A DNA stretch of 64,000 nucleotides from Paraspadella gotoi (lineage: Eukaryota > Animalia > Chaetognatha): assembly GCA_051294375.1 (NCBI GenBank), contig CM119270.1:14602051-14666050 (forward strand), in the 5' to 3' direction. Shown here one piece after another: positions 12,901 to 26,221 of the stretch (position 1 is the first letter of the stretch; every line of letters starts with the position of its first letter). The notes beneath the pieces were generated by a model. The model did no database searches and was not told the origin of the DNA. It worked only from the letters and a program-made list of their open reading frames with translations. Position numbers and translations under genes: made by a program.

Positions 12901-15900
12901 CGACGACGACGACCAGTTGCAGAGTAAATGGTGCGGCTATTTGCGCGTCTGTCTTTCTGTCCGTCGATCTGTCTGTCTCTTATTTTGTCTTTCTGTCTTT
13001 ATCAAGCCAACAGGCGTAACCTTGATACAATTCTGATCTCTCTTTATACATTAGACGTTGATGAAAAAAACGCAGCGCCACCAAACAATTTTTCATAAAC
13101 GCAGACAACGGAAGATAAATGTAATATTACAAAGATAAATGTGATATTACAAAGCCGCCCGTGAGGGCCTAACATCCAAATCTCTCCCAATATTTCGACG
13201 TTGAGACCTTGAGTCGTTGCATCGCGAAAAAAACCTCGAGACCCGATGACCTTTTGGACGAAATGCTCGAAGACCTCGAAACCGGGAGACCCTCGGCTGA
13301 CCCCACACGTCCGACCCGCAAACCCAGGGGAAGGTCGACTCGAGGATTGGGTGACCCCGTTTCGAAACTCGTCCGCTGGAGGGCGAAACGGGGATCGCGG
13401 CCCTTAAATAAATTCCGGGTTGAGGAATGAAAGGAAAAGGAAGAGGTGGAAAGGAAAATGAGAAGAAAGAAAGGAAAAGAAAAGAAAAGTAAAAAAAAGA
13501 AAGGAAAAGAAAGGAAAAGGACAACAAGAAAAGTACGACAAAAAAATAATAAAGAATATTAGAAATTAGAATGTACATAGCAAAAAACGGAACGAAATTT
13601 TTAAGGGAAAAAAGATTGAAAAGATGAAATAAAAACTAAAATTAAAGACTTAATGATGAAAGAAGCAAATGCGATAGGCAGTAAAAGACGGAAGAGAACA
13701 AATTTTTAAAAAAACACAATCCAAAAAGGGAAAACTTTGATTTTTCGGCGAATAAAAAAATCGTTGTCAGAGCGAAAAAGACGGGATTTAGTTTGTCTTC
13801 AAGAAAAGAGGATAGAAAGCGGCAAAGTGACTAAAGAGGTTGAAGCGGAGAAAAGCGGAAATGGCGGAAGCGGTGGAAGCGGTTGAAGAAGAGGAAGGGG
13901 TAGAATAGTGAATACAGCCTGGTGCAGAGATGGATATGACAGTAGCAACAAAAGTGACTTAAGTGGAAGTTAAAACGAATGAAGCGGAAATATATTTTGC
14001 AGCGGAAGTGGCGGAAAAAGGAGGATTGGATCAAATGACAAAAGCAGGTGGCAAAAGTAGAAGTGGCAAAAGAGGTGATGGAAGCAGCAGTGGTGAAAGC
14101 GGCAGTAAAAGTAGCAGCAAAGCTGTTGCAAAAACAACTGTGGAAGCAGCGGCATAATTGGTGGCAAACACAGCAGCTAAAGTAGTGGCGAAAGCGATGG
14201 CAGAAGCGGAAGCGGAGCCGGTTGGGAAAGCGGTTGGCGGAAGCGACGAAAGTGGAGGCGGTGGCAAAAGCGACTGGCGGAAGCGATGGCAGAAGCGAAA
14301 GTGTAGGCGGTAGCCAAAGCGGCTGCTGGAAGCGGCGGAAACGGCGGAAGCGACGCCGACTTGACGAAGACAAAGTCGCCTTCGACATGAAAACTGCTTC
14401 TCTCGACGACGTCGTTTCGAAACGAAATGATTCGAACGCCTCCCGTCCGTACGCGTACGGGGCGACGACGCGACTTATTTCGTACGAACGATGAGTCCGC
14501 GTAAACGACTGACGTTGAAGGCGAACGAACAAAGGAAAAAAGATGAATTGACGCGATGAAAGTCGTTGAAGGGATTGAAATAGCGAAAGTCTTGTTTGAC
14601 GCTGCTGCTTAACGAGAGGGAAAACCTCGAACGATGAGTAAACAGACGTTTTGATGAGCGAGAGAGAGAGGGAGAGAGAGAGAGAGGTGGATCGAAAATG
14701 AATTGAATAAACAAAACGAAAAACCTTGCTGAGATATATGCGACTTTGCGGCTGAAACTAACAACGTCGAGAGAGAGAAAAAGAATTCTGTGTCGCAAAA
14801 AAAAAAATGAAATGATCTCGCAGACGGTTGAGCAGATTCGCTGATTGGATTCGAGCTTCGATTGCAAACGAACCTCGTCTCAAAGATTAAAGGAAAAAAA
14901 GAGAAAAGCATCCTCTTTCCACCTGCTGTCTCGCTGCTCAATGTCTCCGCTCGACCTCGGAGCTTTATAGGCCTTTGTGTGTGTGTGTGTGACCTGGCTT
15001 GTGTGTGAAAGGCTGTCTGGAAGGATAGAGGTATAGAGAAGAGAGGAAAACATGAGAGGGGAAATAGTAGAGGGGATACGGGAGAAGGGATAAGGGAGAG
15101 GGGATGATGGTGAGGGAATAGAGAAGAGGAGATACAAGATTGAAAGAATAGAAGGGAGGGAAAAAGCGAGCTAAGAAAAACGAGAGACTGATTCATGCAT
15201 ACATAATTCCCGTTTCACTCTATGTAGTTTAGCTAAAACTGTCACACTTCGTCCTTGTCTCCGTTGTGGTTGTTGCCTCCGTTGTTGTTGTTGTCACATT
15301 CATTGTTGTCGCAAGACTAAAACCGTGCTAAGAATTTTTGACTTTTTTCCGATGGAGTCAAAATGGTTGAGAAATTCATAGTTTTGAATATTGGATAGAA
15401 ATTTTGACTGATTTCAAAAATGACATCGTCTGAATGCGTTTCAATCAAAAATAGCACAAAACAAAAAACAATAATTTTGATTCAGGGAATTTTTTAGTCG
15501 AAAAGAAATGAAATATTCGGCGGNNNNNNNNNNNNNNNNNNNNNNNNNGAAAAATTCGAAAGCGAAATTCTGTTTTTAATTAAGTTTTCTACTGGCTTTT
15601 TCTCCTCTCTCATCTCCACTCTCTCTCTCTTTCTCCTCTCTATTTCTCTCTCTATCTCTCTCGTCTCCCACCGTCGCGCCCCACGCCTACAGGATGCGCT
15701 CTGTTCTTCTTCTTCTTCTTTTTCTTTCTATCTTCTCCCTCATCTCTCTCTCCATCTCGTCTCTCTCTCGTCTCTCTCTCTCTCTCTACGCAGTCCATCT
15801 TCTCTCCTCGCTGTCAAAGACTTTACAAATCTTGCCGCCCTCTCGGCAAAGACGTCCGCCCACTCTCCTCAAACTGAGTTAGGAGTTGAAGAAGCTAAGA

Positions 15901-16222
15901 AAACTTGTAAAGTCCTTCCCTTTACGATGAATGATGCATGTTCTTTTTTCTTCTCTCTCTCTCTCTCCTCTCTCTCTCTCCTCTCCTCTTCCTCTCCTCG
16001 ATCCTCTCCGTTCTTCTACTCTTCTCTCTCGCTCTCCTCTCCATCTCCTCTCGCCAGCTCCTCCTCTCATCGCCGCGCACTCACACATCGTCATTTACGC
16101 GGCGACTGGCGTTGCCATAGAACCGAAGGCGGCGTCCGAAGATATAATGGTTTCCGTCCGTAAAATGGAAAATGTGTCACCCTCAGTTCGAAGTGTGGAG
16201 GCGGAGTGGAGTGAGAGAGAAG

Positions 16223-16259
<37 letters not shown>

Positions 16260-16278
16260 AGGAAGGGAAAAAAGAGAG

Positions 16279-16310
<32 letters not shown>

Positions 16311-16563
16311 GAGAAGAGAGAAAACCTTGGCCATCATCCATCTAGTAAGGGAGTGACTTTACAAGTTTCTTAGCTTCATTCAAACTCCTAACTCATTGAG
16401 GAGGAGTGGGTCGGTACGTTCTTTTGCCGAGAGAGGGCAAGCAAGATATTTTAAAAAAGACTTGACAGGACGAGAGAGAGAGAGAAGCTACGAATGTAGA
16501 AATAGTCAATGATGGAGAGAAAGAAGGAGAAGAGGAGGAGGAGGAGGGGGGAAGTAGGAAGAG

Positions 16564-16621
<58 letters not shown>

Positions 16622-16630
16622 AGAGAGAAT

Positions 16631-16667
<37 letters not shown>

Positions 16668-19600
16668 AGAAAAGGCCAAGTAGAAAACTTAATTTAAAAA
16701 CAGAATTTCGCATTGAAATTTTCCCCCGCCGAATATTTTCATTTCTTCTTCCGACTAAAAAATTCCCTGAATCAAAATTATTGTTTTTGTTTTGGTGCTA
16801 TTTTTGATTGAAACGGCATTCAGACGATGTCATTTTTGAAATTAGTCAAATTTCTATCCAATATTCAAACTATGATTTCTCAACCATTTTGAACTCCATC
16901 GGAAAAAGGTCAAAAATTTCTTAGCACGGTTTTATTCTTGCGAAACACAATAGAATTGACAACAACAACAAACGAAGGCACAACCACAACGGAGACAAGG
17001 ACGAAGTGTGACAGTTTTAGCTAAACTACATAGAGTGAAACGGGAATTATGTATGCATGAATCAGTCTCCCTCGTTTTTTTTCTCTAGCTCGCTTTTTCC
17101 CCTCCCTTCTATTCTTTCAATCTGTATCTCCTCTTCTCTATTCCCTCACCATCATCCCCCTCATACCTTATCCCTTCTCCCTATCCCCTCTACTATTTCC
17201 CCTCTCATGTTTTCCTCTCTTCTCATCCATATACCTCTATCCTTCCCAGACGCCTTTCACACACAAGCCAGGTCACCACACACACACACAAAGGCTCATA
17301 AAGCTCCGAGGTCGAGCGGAGACATTGAGCAGCGAGACAGCAGGTGGAAAGAGGATGCTTTTCTCTTTTTTTCCTTTAACTCTTTGAGACGAGGTTTCGT
17401 TTGCAATCGAAAGCTCAATCCAATCAGCGAATCTGCTCAACGTCGGCTGCGAGATTCATTTCACTTTTTTTTTTTTTTTTTTTTTGCGACACAACATTCT
17501 TTTTCTCTCATCCTCGGACGTTGTTAGTTTTTTTCAGCCGCAAGTCCAATATATCTCAGCAAAGGTTTTTCGTTTTTTTATTCCGAATTCAATTTTTCGA
17601 TCCACCTCTCTCTCCTCTCCCCTCTCATCTCTCGCTCATCAAACCGTTCTGTTTACTTCATCGTTCGAGTTTTTATTTTACCCATCTCGTTAAGCAGCAG
17701 CGTCAAACAAGACTTTCGCTATTTCAATCACCTTCAACGACTTTCACTCGCGTCAATGTTCCATCTTTTTTTCCTTTTGTTCGTTCGCTCCTTCCAAGCG
17801 TCTAGTCGTTTACGCGGACTCTCGTTCGTACGAATATAAGTTCGCGTCGTGCGGGGCGTCGCCCTGTACGCGTACGGACGGGAGGCGTTTCGAACATCAT
17901 TTTGTTCCGAAGACCGTTCACGCCATCCGTCGAGAGACACGCAGATTATTACCATGTGTCGATACCAGGCGACTTTGCTCTTCGTCAAGCTCGGCGCTCG
18001 CTTCGCGTCCGTCTTTCCGACGCTTCCAGCAGGCGCGCTTATGGCTTCACCGCTGGCTACGGTTCGTTTGTTGCGGGGGCACTACACATTTACACGTTTC
18101 GCTTCTAGCTTGCCATCGCTTCCGAGCCAGTGTCGCTTTTTGCCCACCGACTCCACATTTCGTCGCTTCCGCCAACAGCTTTCCCCACCAGGCTCCGCTT
18201 CCCGCTTCTTGCCATCGTTTCGCCACTTTACTATAGTTGGCTGCTATTGTTTGCCGCACCGAAATTATGTCGCTTGCTTCCACAGTTGTTTTTTTTAGCA
18301 TAGTCAAAAACAAGACTTTGGTGCTAGGCTCACTCTGTTACTTCTGCTTTTCGCCACCACTCGCTGCTTCCATCACCTCTTTTGCCATCTCTTAGCCGCA
18401 CTGCTACTTTTTGCCATCCTGCTTTTGTCATTGATCCAATCCTCGACTTTTTCCTCTGCCCAGCTTTCCGCCTGCAAAAAGATATTGTCCCTTCAATTAA
18501 TTTCCGACTTCCGCTTAAGTGCACTTTTGTTGCTACTTGGTCATATCCATCTTCTGCATCCAGCCTGTATTCACTATTACTAACCGCCTTCCTCTTCTTC
18601 AAGACCGCTTCCATACCGCGTCCCGCCATTTCCGCTTTTCCATCCTCACCTCTTTAGTCCATCTTTGGCCGCTCTTCCGTATTACCGTGCTTTTCTTGAA
18701 GACAGGGAGAACTAATCCCTGTCTTTTTTCCGCTCCTGCAACGATTATTTATTGTGTCTTTTGATTTCGCCCGCGGAAAAAGGAGTCGTAAAGTTTGCCC
18801 TTTTTGGAGATTGTGGGTTTTCTATTCTAAAAAAATTTGGTCTCCTCCGTTCCGTCCTTTGTATCTTGCTATCGCGCATTTGCTCGTTTCATATGGTGTA
18901 AGTCCTTTGATCTTTAGTTTTTATTTAGCCTGCGCGTTTTTACAATCTTTGTTTCCCTTTAAAAATTTCGTTATATTCACGTTTATTTGAGCGTACACTG
19001 TACAGTGGTTCTAGTGATTTTGCTGAATATCCTTGGCCGTCGTGGTGGAGTTTATGTTCTTTTTGGTGCGAGTAGTACTGTGGTTCTCTGATATGTCCCT
19101 ATTTATGGGGGTCGTGGCGCGGCGTTCCGTGGGGTTTGTCTTCCTTTCTTTTTTTTACTTTGTCGTTAGTGCTTTCTGTTTCCCTTTCTTTCTCTTCTCA
19201 TTTTTCCTTTCACCTCTTCCCTTTTTCGCCTTTCAACACAATTTATCCTCCTTCAGAAGTGTGCAGCTGCAACCCGGAATTTATTTAAGGAGTGCCCGCG
19301 AGTCCGGCCGCAGAGCGTCATGGCGCGCCCGAATATGGTTCGTGCGGATGAGTACAAGCCGGACGAGTTCGCAAGGGGTCCGACCAAGGGCACAGCCTCG
19401 ACCGTACGTCGGAGCCGTTGCACCCGGGGACTGGGGTTGGGGTTTTTCGGACGTGGTGGAGTCAAGCCGAGGGTCTAGCCGGTTTCGAGGTCTTCGAAAC
19501 ATTTCGTCCAAAAGGTCATCGGGTCTGCGAGGATTTTTTTCACGCGAGTGCACGACTCAAGTCTCAAACGTCCGAAATATTGGGAGAGATGTTGGATGTT

Positions 19601-20255
19601 AGGGCCCCTCACGGGCGGCTTTGTAATATCCAGCTAAATTTTTTAATCTTTGTAATATTACATTTATTCTTCCGTTGTCTGCGTTTATTTTGAAAAAATT
19701 GTTTGGTGGCGCTGCGCGTTTATTTTCATAGAGGGACCTTCAACGTCTAATGTATAAAGAGAGATCAGAATTGTATTCAAGTTAACGCCTGTTGGGACTT
19801 GTGATAAAAGACCAGAAGACAAATAAGGAGACAGACCAGATTCGACGGACAGAAAAGACAGACGCGCATACTAAAATTAGCCCGCGACCATTTACCTCGC
19901 CTGGTGCGTGCGTCGTCGTCATCATCTCATCATCAATAAATCATCATCATCAATCATCATCATCATCATCAATCATGAAATCATCATCATCATCATACTG
20001 AGTTAAAGGCAAGTGTGAATATACTTCAGTGATTTAGAAAAAGGTAGTAGACTAAGGAGGCTCCTTCGGATGTCTTGTTTGGTTGAGGGAGTTAGTCTTA
20101 TTCTAAGTCGATGGAATAAAGTTGAGAAGCGGAGGCTATTTCTCAAGGAACGAGTCGTCTTCTTTTCGCGGTGCGGGTCCGGTAATGGGTCCTGGAATCG
20201 GGGGGTTCGTGGAGCCAATTAGGGGGAGGATAAAACAGTTACGGGGCGATGAGGA
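12617..20255. repeat. Long inverted duplication (palindrome), arms ~12617-16100 and ~16150-20255
   Basis: 15185-15272 is the reverse complement of 16981-17068. (ATG)n at 12831-12900 mirrors the (CAT)n-like run at ~19920-19995, and 13150-13420 mirrors 19270-19625. The centre is at ~16125. Confidence 0.95.
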
Positions 20256-20987
20256 AAGAAATATAAAGGCAAAAAAAAATAATGCACAGAGAGAAGGAAA
20301 GAAAAAGAGAAAAATAAAGAAAGAAAAAAAGAAAGAAAGAAAGAAAGAAAAAAAACAAAAGAATAAAAAGCTTAAAAAAAAAAACAAAATGAGTGTAAAG
20401 CGAGTCAGATGCCGGGCCTCCGTCGGGGCAAGTGTCGGTGCACGTCCCGGCAGAACGTCCGGAGGGCGGACGCTCAACCTATGCTCCTCCGGGCGAATGG
20501 GCGAAACAACGGGGAGAATTACAGATGAGGCCGCCAACTGAAAAAAAAAAAACTCTGCACCATAAACTCCGACATCATAAAATGTAGCGGGAGGTCGAGG
20601 TCTTGCGAGTTACAGAGAAGTTATAGTGCGACACTCGGAAATTGGAACGGCACGCCCCCCTTGTCTGCCCCCCTTTCCCCCTTTTATTCCTCACGTCTCT
20701 CCCTTATGAATAAAGAATCCATGAATGAGAAGGGGAAATAGGGGGGAAAAGAGAGAGAGAAAGAACGAGAGAGAGAGAGAGAGAGGAGGAGAGAGAAGAG
20801 AGAGAGGAAGCAAGAGAGAGAGAGAGAGAGAGAGAGAGACGAGAGAACGGAAATGGAACAATGGTGTTCTAGTGATCGAGTGTAGCCCCGTATGTGGCAA
20901 GCGCGTTCCAGTTTTTCGACCGACGACGACGATGACGACGACGACGCCATAACGACGACCGCGACCATGTTCACCATCGCGCATGGA

Positions 20988-21020
<33 letters not shown>

Positions 21021-21101
21021 TCTCACCATTGGCGCGCTCTCGCTGAACGCGCGCTCTAGAAATGCTCGTTTACCTCTTCTTCTTTCTCCTCACTCATCTC
21101 T

Positions 21102-21176
<75 letters not shown>

Positions 21177-21936
21177 TCCGGTTGCAACGTCACCTCGCGT
21201 CTGAACGCGAAAATTCCACGGGTTTTAACGTCGTTTCTCATTTTTTTTCTCGAATCTGATTCATGATCTTCGTCATCATCGTCATCATCATCATCATCAT
21301 CATCATTCTTTTCCGCTTTCCGGCGCCTCGTTCGTTTCAACGCAATTTTCACGCGTTTATATTCTCGATCGTCATTTTTTTTAACACGCAGCTTGTCTTT
21401 TGCTCGCACGTACGCGACCGATTTCCAATTTCCTATTTTTTGTGTGTGTGTGTTTTGGATTCATTAATCTAGAAAAGCGAACCCGTTTTTTACTCTTTTA
21501 AAAGAATCTAATACGAGGGAATTTTATGGTTTTAGATGCACATGCGCGCAAAACGTACGTGCGTGTGCGAATCTGAGTGCGTTTGTTTGTTTACTGACGG
21601 AAAATTCTTTTAGATTTTTAAAAATGTAATATAACTAAACCCAATTGTAAAATAAACTTAATTTTTAATTCTATCTCAACCGATTCGTGCAGAAGAATCG
21701 TCTACGGAAAGGAGCAAAATCCGAGCGACCTTTATAAACTTGGAAAGATTTTGCTTCAGCTGAATTTAAAACTTTTTTCCTCAATTTTTATATTATTTAC
21801 TTTATTGTTTTTTTAAACATAAATGAAGATTAAATTATCGTTATTTATCAAAAATTTGTCACTTTGAGCCATCCTGCAATCGAAGCCTCCGCTCTATTTA
21901 CTACTTCCTTGGAAAATCATACACACACTCTCTCTG

Positions 21937-21967
<31 letters not shown>

Positions 21968-23043
21968 TCTCTCTCTTCTCTCTCTCTCTCTCTCTTCTTC
22001 TCTCTCCTCTCAAGCCGATCGCGTGAACTTGAAGACAGAGGAAAAAAAGAGGATGATGCCGGAGGAGAGCCCGGATCTAAGTTCCGGATGTCATCACTTA
22101 TGAAATCCGGCTCATCTCCTTCCTCTCATCTTCTCCTTTCATCCTCTCTCCTCTCTCCTCTCTCTTCTCTCCTCTCTCTTCTCTCCTCCCGCTAAACTCG
22201 GCTGATCCCCTCATATTTTTCTCTTCAATCAGTTTTCTTCTTTTAAGCTTCTTTCATCCTCTCTCTTCCTTTATCATCTTTTTTTGTCTCGATATTCCAT
22301 TTCGCGTCGATTCCAGTTTTTTTTTCCCCCGACTTTTTAATTCGTTTTTGTTTCGTCGGTTTTGTCTTTGTTCATTTATTTGTCCCCTTTTTTATTCTTC
22401 TTTCTTTTTTCCCCTTCGAACATTTTTCTTCCATCCCTTCATACATCAAACTCTTCTTTATCAAATAGGCGCAACCAATATATAAATTACATTCGACCTC
22501 ATTTTTTATATTATCTCCTCTCCCTTTCTCAATCCTCTATTCATATTTCAAACCTTCCTCCCTCTATCCATCCTACTATCCTAAACCCCCATCTCAACCA
22601 TCTCATCCCTTTCATCTCCCCAGGATGAGATAGGATCTCGAAAGGGATAAAAGCGATGGTCTCCGATGACGACATAGGCCAAAGTCGAATGGCCCTCGTT
22701 CAACGTCGTCGTCTTTACCGTCGTCGTCGTCATCTGCATACCTGAGTGGGAGATACATAAAGGATAACGAGACCCGAGACCGACAGAGAGAGAGAGAGAG
22801 AGAGAAAGAGAGATAGAGAGAAAGAGAGCAAGAAGCAATTTCTCCATTCCATCGAACCAACGACGACAGTTTCCTCGCAGCAGAACAGACTAAGGTCGAT
22901 CCCACCCGGTCCTACCCAAACCCAATCTCTCCCAAGGAAAAGTCGCTCTTCCTCAACTCATCAATCGATCCAAACAACTCATCCCATCTCCCCGCACGGC
23001 AACTCTTCCCCCTCCCCACCTCACCTCGCCCCCACCTTCCTTG

Positions 23044-24282
23044 ATGAACCCGACGAGATTATCTTCGAAGCAGCAGCGGGTAAGTCACGCGAACTCCATT
23101 CCCGATCCTGCCTCGATCGCGGCGACCGCGGCGGCCGCTGCCGCGGCTCCGGCCGCGTCGGCCGCGGCTGCCGAGAACGGTCAGTCCTGCTCCGAAAAGA
23201 CTCATTCGTTTTCCGCGAATTCCATATCCCATGCGGGCTGTGACGGCAGCGGCGGCGGCGTCGGCTGCGGCGGCGTCGGATCCGCGCCGGGAGCAGCGGC
23301 GGCCGCGTCGGGAACGCGGCGTTTCGCTCCGCGAATCTCGAACAATAACAACGACGACGCCCCCGCGATCGCGGACGAAAACATCGCGGGAAACAACAAC
23401 AACGACGAGGAAGAATCGACGCCGATTTTATCGGCGGCGTCTCTCGTTTCCGGCGCTTTTCCTTCGGAATCCGACGACGGCGACACTCTTCGCGAAAACG
23501 ACGCCGTTCCACGCCCATTGGCGGCCGCTGCTAACGACGACGACGAAACGAACGACGACGAGACGAACGACGACGAAGACGGGGGCAGCCCCAACGATTC
23601 GGAATCGACTTCTTATCACACGTGTCAATCTCCCGACACGGTCGTGTCGCGTCGCCTCGATCTCGACGACGAAGATGTCGAGGACGACGACGACGACGCC
23701 GCTTCTCTCTCGGCCCTCGGCGCTCCTTTGAACCGGTGCTGCTTGGTGCAGTTGCAACGATTCGCCGAAGCTTGCGACGATCCTTCCGTCAACGCCTTCA
23801 CGCTCATCCACTTCGATCGATCCGCGACTTCCGGTAGGAACGAGTTCGTCGACGCTTCTCTCTCTTCCACGTCGGCATCCGCCCTCTTTTCCGGTTCCGG
23901 ACGCGGCGCTGGATTTTCCGGCGCCGACTCATCCTCCGGCGTCGGGTTTCGCGCCTTTCGCGGCGCCTACGACGCCGGGCGGACGCCGAGGGCTCCGTCG
24001 TTGCGACGCGCGGGGTCGGCGAGGTTGCGGCGTCAATCGTCCGACTCTTCGGCGGAAGCCGGGATCGCCGGGATCTCGGCGGCGGCCGGTAACCGGAGAT
24101 CCGTCCTCGCGTCTCGGCGAGTTAATCTTGCCAAATACGACGAGTTTCCGTCGGTGAGAAAAGCGACCAGCGCCGGGTCGCTCTCCAACCTCTCAGCCGC
24201 GGGACTCTCCACCACCGCGTCGTCGAGCAGACCCAGCACGCCTTACAGGTGGGGGGAAGGGGGGCAGTGAAAGAAATAAGGA

Positions 24283-24374
<92 letters not shown>

Positions 24375-25139
24375 GAAAATATACTAGACTGTGGATTCTT
24401 GGTTGAAAACTTACCATGAAATTGGTACAACCAATATAAAAATTATTCATTCATTTAATAAATAAGCTATCCTGCCCCTGACTTCGGACAGGCTTTGGTA
24501 GTTTAAGGCCTCCTCTTACAAGATAATGACATTGCAGGTCCCTGCAGGCTTGCAATCAAGTCTCTCTCACAATAGAGCACCTGGCTTCCCTATCAATGAA
24601 GTGGGATAATATTTCAAAGAATCATTCAATTGTGTAAAGGACAATCCATGTTATTATATTTTAACAGGGTTGGAAGCTTTAACCCATTTTCGCCTGTTTA
24701 AAATCAGGAGTTATTTTATTTAATAACTGGATAACTTTTGTATTTGTTTTACAAATTTTATAAAAACTTGAGGAAGAAACAGACGGATTTATGAACGATA
24801 AAAAAACGATAAAAAGATAAAAATGTTTTTAAAAAAAAAGATTTCAGTCAACGCCCACGAAAGGCCGCCTACGCTCAATTATCCTCCTCCTCCTCCTCCT
24901 CCTCCTCTTCCTCTTCCAGGGACATCTTCCCCGTCGCCATCCGTCGAATTCGCTCGACGCCATTTTCCTTCGTCAACGCCATCATAGGCGGCGACGCTCA
25001 GCGCGAAGAAGGCGCCCTTAATGGTTCCACCGACTCCAGGTAGAGTTATTTATTTGAATGGACTTTTATGTGTTGATTTAATTTATTTATTTAATTAATT
25101 AATTAATTAATTAATTTATTTATTTATTTATTTATTTTT

Positions 25140-25238
<99 letters not shown>

Positions 25239-26165
25239 TTTGTTTGTTTATTTTTTTATATTTTTTTCAAATGATAGAGGCGCAAATAATTACCAAAAAT
25301 GTCATTAAACTATACGTACAGGAGGCAAATATAATAATCTGATTGTAAATGTCGTCACAAAAAATTATTCCGTCCAGATCCTTCAGCGACGTCTCCAACG
25401 ACAGCATCCTCCGTCACCAACTCTCCCGTCCGCTGTCCAGAATGCGATTTCGCAGCCACGACGACGACGACGCGGATGACGACGACGACGACGACAACGA
25501 CGACGACGACCGCGTCTCCGCCTCTCAACTTCGTCACAATCTTCAACGTCGCGACTTCAATTATCGATTTTCCTCCGGAGAGGATTTGCAAATGAACCGG
25601 ACGCCGCCGACGCCGCCGGTGCCACCGACGCCGGCGACGCCGCCGGTCCCGCCGCCGAGAAAACAGAGACTCGTCTATGGAGGGGACGAGGCCGTCTACA
25701 GGGTCGTCGAGATTAACGACGACGAGGACGACGACGAACCGAGAGCTAATAACAATAACAACAGCGGCGGCAACAACAACAACAACAACAACAACGCCGG
25801 CGTTAACAACGGCGACGTGGCCAATAACTCGTCCTCTTCTTCCTCGTCTTTGTTGACGGGAGGAGGAAAACAATGGCGACCGCCAGACGACGACGACGAC
25901 GATGACGACGACGATCCTTGGGCGACTCGCCAGTTTTTGGCGGCGAAAATGAGCAATCGTTGGCCGAACGAGAGTTCGTTGGCGCCGGGCGCCGTTGGCG
26001 GAGGATCCGGCGTCCAAGGCGTCGTCAGTCCCGGGGCGGCGGCGCCCTCCGTTCCGCCGCCACCGTCGGCGTCTCGACTTTTGTCCGCCGTTTATTCTGA
26101 CGCGTCTTCGTCTAACGCATCATTTGAAGATCCGGAGAGGAAAGCATCTTACAAGGTGGGGTATT

Positions 26166-26221
<56 letters not shown>

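Noticed and set aside
15276-15293. cctccgttgttgttgttg resembling a PacBio adapter fragment
   Set aside because: It is not at the fold-back centre and is also present in the mirror arm, so it is probably genomic simple repeat.
17057-20541. ORFs in the right palindrome arm
   Set aside because: They lie in an indel-rich mirror copy, are not preserved in the left arm and show no recognisable domains.
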